Source: Nemertoderma westbladi
Taxonomy: Eukaryota > Animalia > Xenacoelomorpha
Length of the DNA stretch: 64,000 bases
NCBI GenBank assembly: GCA_032718475.1
Contig: JAUCBJ010007945.1
Span: forward strand, 119,706-183,705
Direction of reading: 5' to 3'
Below the pieces are notes generated by a model. It worked only from the letters and a program-made list of their open reading frames with translations, was not told the DNA's origin and did not search any database. The translations under genes were made by a program, and so were the position numbers. This document shows, one piece after another, positions 57,809 through 64,000 of this stretch (its first letter is position 1; each line of letters starts with the position of its first letter).

Positions 57809-58346
57809 TGTTAGCTTATTCAATCCCGCTAACACCCCATAAAGTTATAAGCCGATAAGCAATATTGGGAGCCACGAGATTGGGTAATTAACCAACTCGT
57901 GCCATCCCAATGAGAATGGGAAGGAGAAGCACACAATGAGGGTCAGGGGCCAAACCCCTAACCCAGAGAGAATAGGTGGAGTGAACGGGAACACTCCAAA
58001 GGGCGCCAACAAGGGTATCAACCAATCAGAGGGGGGAAAGGCATCGATTAGGTAGAGTAACAAGGCCAACCGTGCAATATAGCCACTTGGCAGTAATAAT
58101 ACCAATTCAGTTATCTCAGTGCAATACCGGTGCTAGATTAGGTTACATAGTTTTAGATAGGGAAGGACCGGGACTTTAGTTACCGTATCCCGCCTTCCGT
58201 ATACGACAATATTATCTATATCTATATCTATATCTGCATATCATATTATATACGACAAACAGCACAAACTCATTTACTCTTTATACACGGCGGGGACGCG
58301 TGAACTAAAACCGGATAAACCGGGATCCCTCTTGGATCCCGTCACA
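57809..58346 (+). repeat. A2 3' LTR (5' boundary tentative)
   Basis: Homologous to 5103-5627. Confidence 0.65.
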
Positions 58347-58623
58347 GTCAAGCCATATAACCCTGCAGCCAAGTATATGGGTCCTTGATCCAGGACCAAG
58401 GGCGTCCTTATCCCAGAACGAAGGGGGTCCTAGTTACAGGACCAGATTTGCCCTAGTAAGAGGGTTTATGCAGCTACAGGTGGCACCTCCTTTATGCTGC
58501 ATGGAGGTGGCAAGTTTTCTTGATCAATGACCTAGAATACCTGACCTGACCTCAAAAATGTAACGCTGCGAGTAGGGTCTATGCTGTGATCATGCAAGGT
58601 CTTGTTTCGAGAACTGCTGCAGT

Positions 58624-59410
58624 CATTAGAGGGAGCCCAACGGCTCCTCAGCTCATTAGAACATGCTGCTTCTAGTGTTGGTCTTTTTATTAACTCCAGA
58701 AAGACCACAATTCTGACAGTTAACTTTGAAAGTCCTCAGCAAGTCTCTGATCGGATGAGCATAAGCTCAAAGGATGGTATGCTTGAGCATGTAGACGACT
58801 TCTGTTACCTGGGATCATGGATCCGGAAGTCAGGTGAGGACCTTCGAATACGTAAGGGAAAGGCATGGGCAGCCTTAAATAGGCTTTCCAGGATTTGGAA
58901 GTCACCGAGAATTAATCGAAAACTTAAGGTCCGATTATTTAGAGCAGCAGTAGTTCCAGTACTCCTCTACGGGAGTCCATGCTGGGCTCTAACTGCTGAG
59001 GACACCAAATCTCTGGATGGCACATTCACAAGAATGCTACGCCGGGTTCATTGTGTCAAGTACAATGCGCACATCTCCAACCAGACACTATATAACATTG
59101 GAGGTGTCTCATTGGTTCCTCCAAGCTTGACACTAGAACAAAATCGCCTCCGCTTTGCAGGACATTACTTTCGCCGTGAGGACCAGCCAGTGCATAATCT
59201 TGTACTTTGGCAGCCTCATGGAGTGAATAAGCATGGTGGACAGCCCATGACTTTCTTGAGACGCATCTTAAAGGACACTGGCCTTAAAGATGCGGATGAT
59301 CTAGCAAATGTCATGGGTGATAGGGAGTTGTGGTGGTGCAATTTTGTTGACAAGCCGGCACAGCATTCTTAAAAATGCAGCTGCAATGCAGCATGCCGAT
59401 CCTAGTAGTA
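58624..59410 (+). mobile_element. Second 5'-truncated RTE-like LINE copy
   Basis: Near-identical to 18735-19518; (TAG)n tail; possible TSD GCAGT (58619-58623 and 59411-59415). Confidence 0.92.
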
Positions 59411-60538
59411 GCAGTGACTAGCGAATTCTGTTTGTCCAGCTTTGTGTCCTAGGAAGTCTTCGCTGCTAAACAGTGTTTATTTGAGAAATACGGGGACCGT
59501 GTTATTAACAGACAAGATACCGGTGAGCGTACTGACAGTGCGGCGAATTTTAAAGATATATGGGACAAACTGAAGGAACTAGATAGTTCTGGGTTTCTCC
59601 CAGTTATTGCGGTCAAGGTGATAGATGCCCTGTCACTGCCAACGTTCCCTTCGGCACTAGGTTCGAAAGGTTCAGGCGGTAATGCGGGCATAAGAAATGT
59701 TACGGAAATAGATAGTGTTACATGGTTAGCATTGATGGACGCGAAGCTAGACACAATTCATAACTCGATTATGGAGAAGATTGATTCGTCGTCGCTCTCC
59801 TTTCCTAGATTACTTTCGACTTCCGTATCAACCCACGGGGAACCTCCCAAACATGTTACTACCGGTACTCAACGAAGTCAGTCTCTGGCAAGTTGGTGGA
59901 AAGATTTGTACAGTGCGGCCACCCTTCAAGGTGGATCTTCCTCAGCCCATAGACCGCCACAGGTTGCTAGGTCCACGGACCCACCCTACCTTAACCCTGG
60001 TTCTATTGGGGGAGGTATTCGAGGTCCATGGGTAGGTTCGGAGACGGTTGTGGCGAACAGGTTCTCCGTCCTCGGAGGAACCCCGGGCAGTAAGAAGAGA
60101 CCGCGACCAAATACCCCGCAGAAGATGCCACGACCAGAAGAGTTGGAAGTATCAGAGATTCCCTACACGGAAGTCCAACCGCGTAAAGAACGTCGTCGTC
60201 GAGAGTGCGTCGTCGGTATGGGGAAGAATACGGGAACCACCAGGAATAGGAAGTCAAGAGCGGCACCAAAGGATATCTTTGTATTCCATGTGGATGTAGG
60301 GACTCTTACAGAGCAACTCGTCGACGATTTAGCAGCAGCTGGTATCAATATCTCTGCGAGCGCTGTCCGCAAGATTTCGCACGTAGATGCCCGTACAGCT
60401 AGCTTTCGGATCGCAATCCCCGCTCATCAAATTGACGCTGCTATGGAACCTTCAGTCTGTGACCACGGGGTCTGCGTTCGGCCTTGGTTCTACACGCCAA
60501 GGGATATGGTGAGAGGTGGTGAGAGTCAGGGTCATTAA
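59411..60538 (+). pseudogene. LINE-delta ORF1 (3' part)
   Basis: C-terminal RRM-like segment immediately upstream of the APE ORF. Confidence 0.72.
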
Positions 60539-60591
60539 AACTCAGTTGGTTTGGCTGTTGGTATTCTTAACTTTTTATATATTTATTTATA

Positions 60592-62350
60592 ATGGCTTCC
60601 TCGATTTCTAACCTTTCTGTGGTGTCTTTCAATAGCACCGGGTTTGGGCCAGATAAGATAGATTTAATAAAATGTTTGTCCTTCGGATCTGATATACTGT
60701 GCTTGCAAGAACACTTTGTTTTAAAGGATAACCTAAATTATATCCGCAAGGAATTTGAACCAATGTTTAAATGTTTTAACGAACCTGCGATTTTTAATAA
60801 CCCTTCGCAGTCTGGCCGACCCTCGGGTGGTTTGTCGATTTTAGTAAAAAATTTGTTATGTAAATATGTAAATTATTTTAAGTCTCAGAACCACCGTATA
60901 CATGCGATTAAGTTAACGTTGCCGAGCTCTACTCTAGCCATTGTTAATATTTACTTTCCAACCGACAGTAGATCTTTAACTGCTGTGTCAGATGAGTTTT
61001 TAACTATTCTTAATGATATACGAGGGATAATTACGAGACTTAATTGCTGTAATGTTATGTTGGTAGGAGACTTTAATGCCGATTTTACTCGTAATACAGC
61101 ACATGTCGAATTATTACAGACTTTTATTAACTCCCTTGGTCTTGTAGATATGTGGTCTACATATCCGGTCGATTTTACATACCTACACACTGTTAATAAC
61201 AATTCATTTGCATCTACACTTGACCGTTTTTTAGTTTCGGGTGCATTGGCTGATAATTGTACAGATGGTGGGGTAACACACATTGTTGCAAATTTTTCAA
61301 ATCATAGTCCGGTATTTGTTAAATGTAATATAGATAGTTTAGATAACGGTGGTGATACGGATCTGGCTTCACAAAATTTTATTGGTAAGCCAAGTTTTAG
61401 ACGAGCCACCAATGTTCAGAAATTTGAATTCGTCAATGTTTTAAGATCTAATGTAGATGGTATCGCTGGTATAAATTGTGCTTGTCAATGATTTGTTTTG
61501 TGTCGATGTCTCTCATGTGAGTAATATCGAATCGTTTGCGTATAATCTGACAGAGGCGTTGAATGACGCATCGCAGTGTCTCCCTCGTCCCTCCCCTCCC
61601 AATAGTAGGACAGGTACGCCGGTAATGCCTGGCTGGAATGAGCATGTCCGCCCTTATAAGGAGGAATGTTTATTTTGGCATAGCGTCTTGATCTCGGTCG
61701 GGAGGCCTAATGAGTCACGGAGCAATTTATTTCATTTAAGAAGAGTATCAAGAGCGCAATACAAATACGCAGTGTGGCGTTTGAAACGCAATGTAGATTC
61801 CATTCGTAGAGATAAATTCATGCAAGCCTGTCTAGAAAGTGGTTCCGATATTTTTGCTGAAATTTAGAGGCAAAGAGGGAACCTGTCCATGTCCAACCTT
61901 AGTATGTCCGTGGATGGGGTCAATGACCCCAATGGGATTTCGGATAAATTTGCCTCCATTTATTCCCAGCTTTACAATCAGAATTATAATGATGACATGT
62001 CTCATTTAGAATCTCTCATTAAAGACGGTATAGATAACTTAAATCATGAGGATATGGAATGGATAACCCCCCAGTTAGTTTCTGCCGCAATAAATAAACT
62101 CCAGTCTGGTAAGTCCGATGTTGTGGGTGATTTTAATTCGGATTGTTTCTTGAATGCATCTGAGGTTTTATCGCATCCACTAGCGCAGGTTTGTTTAATG
62201 CTTGCCTGGTGCACGGTTTTGTTCCAAAGTTTCTTCTTATGTCATCGATAATTCCATTAATTAAGGATAAACTTGGTAATGCGGCGAGTTTGTCGAACTA
62301 CCGCGCGATTGCTATATCGTCACTGATCCTGAAGACGTTTGAGTGGGTTG
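60592..62350 (+). pseudogene. LINE-delta ORF2 (APE and start of RT), disrupted
   Basis: ORF fragments 60592-61491, 61478-61867, 61889-62251 and 62191-62382 form one colinear ORF2. Confidence 0.87.
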
Positions 62351-62618
62351 ATGAATTTGAAATGAATTTTCTAAATCCGTAAGCGGATATTCCCCATCAG
62401 TATATTCTGTGTCCATATATTCTGTGTCAGTATTCTGTATCGATATATTCTATGTTCATATTCAATCCAGATTTTCATCACTCTCCAGGGAAATTCGGCG
62501 CAAATAATAACTGATTTCTCCCAAAAAAAAGTTGTTAATATGACTTTAGTTTATTGTTTTGGTTAGAATAACGCGCCATTGTAACCTGCTCCTTTCCCTG
62601 AATTGAGAATTTAACAGT

Positions 62619-62852
<234 letters not shown>

Positions 62853-64000
62853 TATCCAACTGGCAGTTGTGCTAACATTTGGCTATCAAAAATGGCAGTT
62901 GTGGTGACAAAAAAATAGTGGTAACAAGTTGAGCTGACATTTGATCAGGGACATGTGTCCGACGTTTTGATCGGGTCCCCATGTACTCTTTGTAATGTTA
63001 GCACAAGTGCCACTTTGCAATACCTGAAATGTGAGGGAAAAAAATCGTGTAACCCTTTAGCGTCCTCTTCTTGAACATTCAAAAATCATTGACTAGAGTT
63101 CTGCTAACATGTAATAGTTGTGCTAACATCAAACAAATGACACCATCAATATTGATTAAAATTATCTCATGGAATTTATAACACGAGTTGTAGGAACATT
63201 AATTGTTTATATGGAGTGAACGGCGATGCCATTGTTAGAGAAGGCAATATATCGAGCTTGAGGCGAATATATGTCTGCTGGCCAGACAGTAGTGTAGCTA
63301 ATGCAATCGATGGGGCAGCCGGACTACGGCGATATTGATTTGTGATGTAAATAGGAAGGCCCTTTGCCCCACAAATTCGGGTTCATAATAATTCGGGGTA
63401 ATGTAAATTTATTTGTGAATATGAAACACTACTGGGGGCAATATTAAGGGTACTCTTTCACTTGCTTCCTTCTCTTGTTTTTACGTACAAGGCAAGGGGG
63501 GGACTGGACTCCACACTAACTCCCACGGATGAACACAGTGGATGATCTCATATACATATTAGGCCTATATATTGTGCTGTGCGATGGCCGTATTTCGATT
63601 TTGAATCAATTTTTTGCATTACAAACAAGATTTATTAATCCTTAATAAAACCAAATAATTTGATGACTATATAGGTTTTATGGGATGCTGATCACGAACA
63701 TGACACTCAAAAATATCGTTATTATCAAACCAAAATTTCGAAGAAATCCAATTTTGGCGTTTGAAATTTTACGCTAACTTGTATTTTTCGTCCCACCAGA
63801 CAAGCACCAAAAATGATTGTTGCGTTACCACAAATTATTTTTAACGAGTTGTATCGTGATCAGCGACCTTGAAAATCGGTACAGCTTCAGAATTACCAAA
63901 CCCAAGGCAAAATTTAACAGTTTATAATTTTGTGCTATTTGTATTTTTCGTTCTGGGGCACCAGAATGGCACGAAAAATGGGTTTGCTTTACCAGAAATA

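Larger units (their letters stand above)
32035..58346 (+). mobile_element. BEL/Pao family A, copy A2 (no adjacent 5' LTR; interrupted by B2)
   Basis: gag at 32035-35062; pol resumes in frame at 49400; then tandem repeat, accessory ORF and LTR as in A1. Confidence 0.88.
58560..62350 (+). mobile_element. LINE-delta (degraded, 3'-truncated APE-RT LINE); its ORF1 is interrupted by an RTE copy
   Basis: ORF1 EVFAAKQCLFEK...KDIFVFHVD...SFRIAI; ORF2 VVSFNSTG, LCLQEH, GRPSGGL, VGDFNAD, SNHSPV, NYRAIAISSL; stops and frameshifts. Boundaries are approximate. Confidence 0.82.

Noticed and set aside
62850-64000. Host exon or MITE in the terminal non-coding region
   Set aside because: No convincing ORF or terminal inverted repeats; only short imperfect repeats (TGTATTTTTCGT) near the window end.

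Overview
This is eukaryotic (probably invertebrate) DNA made almost entirely of nested retrotransposons, with no host gene found. It holds two BEL/Pao LTR families in two copies each. Family A has A1 (1-5627, 3' part only) and A2 (~32035-58346, split by B2). Family B has B1 (15356-30460, TSD TGTAA) and B2 (35063-49394, TSD GTGGA). There are also four APE-RT LINEs and two 5'-truncated RTE copies, and most nesting junctions can be rebuilt from target-site duplications. Four observations stand out. (1) Both BEL/Pao families carry, where env would be, an ~850-aa accessory ORF with a DEDDy-type 3'-5' exonuclease-like domain and C-terminal CCHC knuckles. (2) Family B has no tRNA PBS; the 13 nt that start 2 nt after the 5' LTR are perfectly complementary to a site inside the LTR, with a compensatory change between copies, suggesting Tf1-like self-priming. 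(3) Family B has a 63-aa ORF upstream of gag with only synonymous differences between copies, overlapping gag by ATGA. (4) Family B LTRs contain arrays of covarying RNA hairpins, one of which recurs inside gag and pol. All domain calls are by-eye motif recognition; no database search was run.
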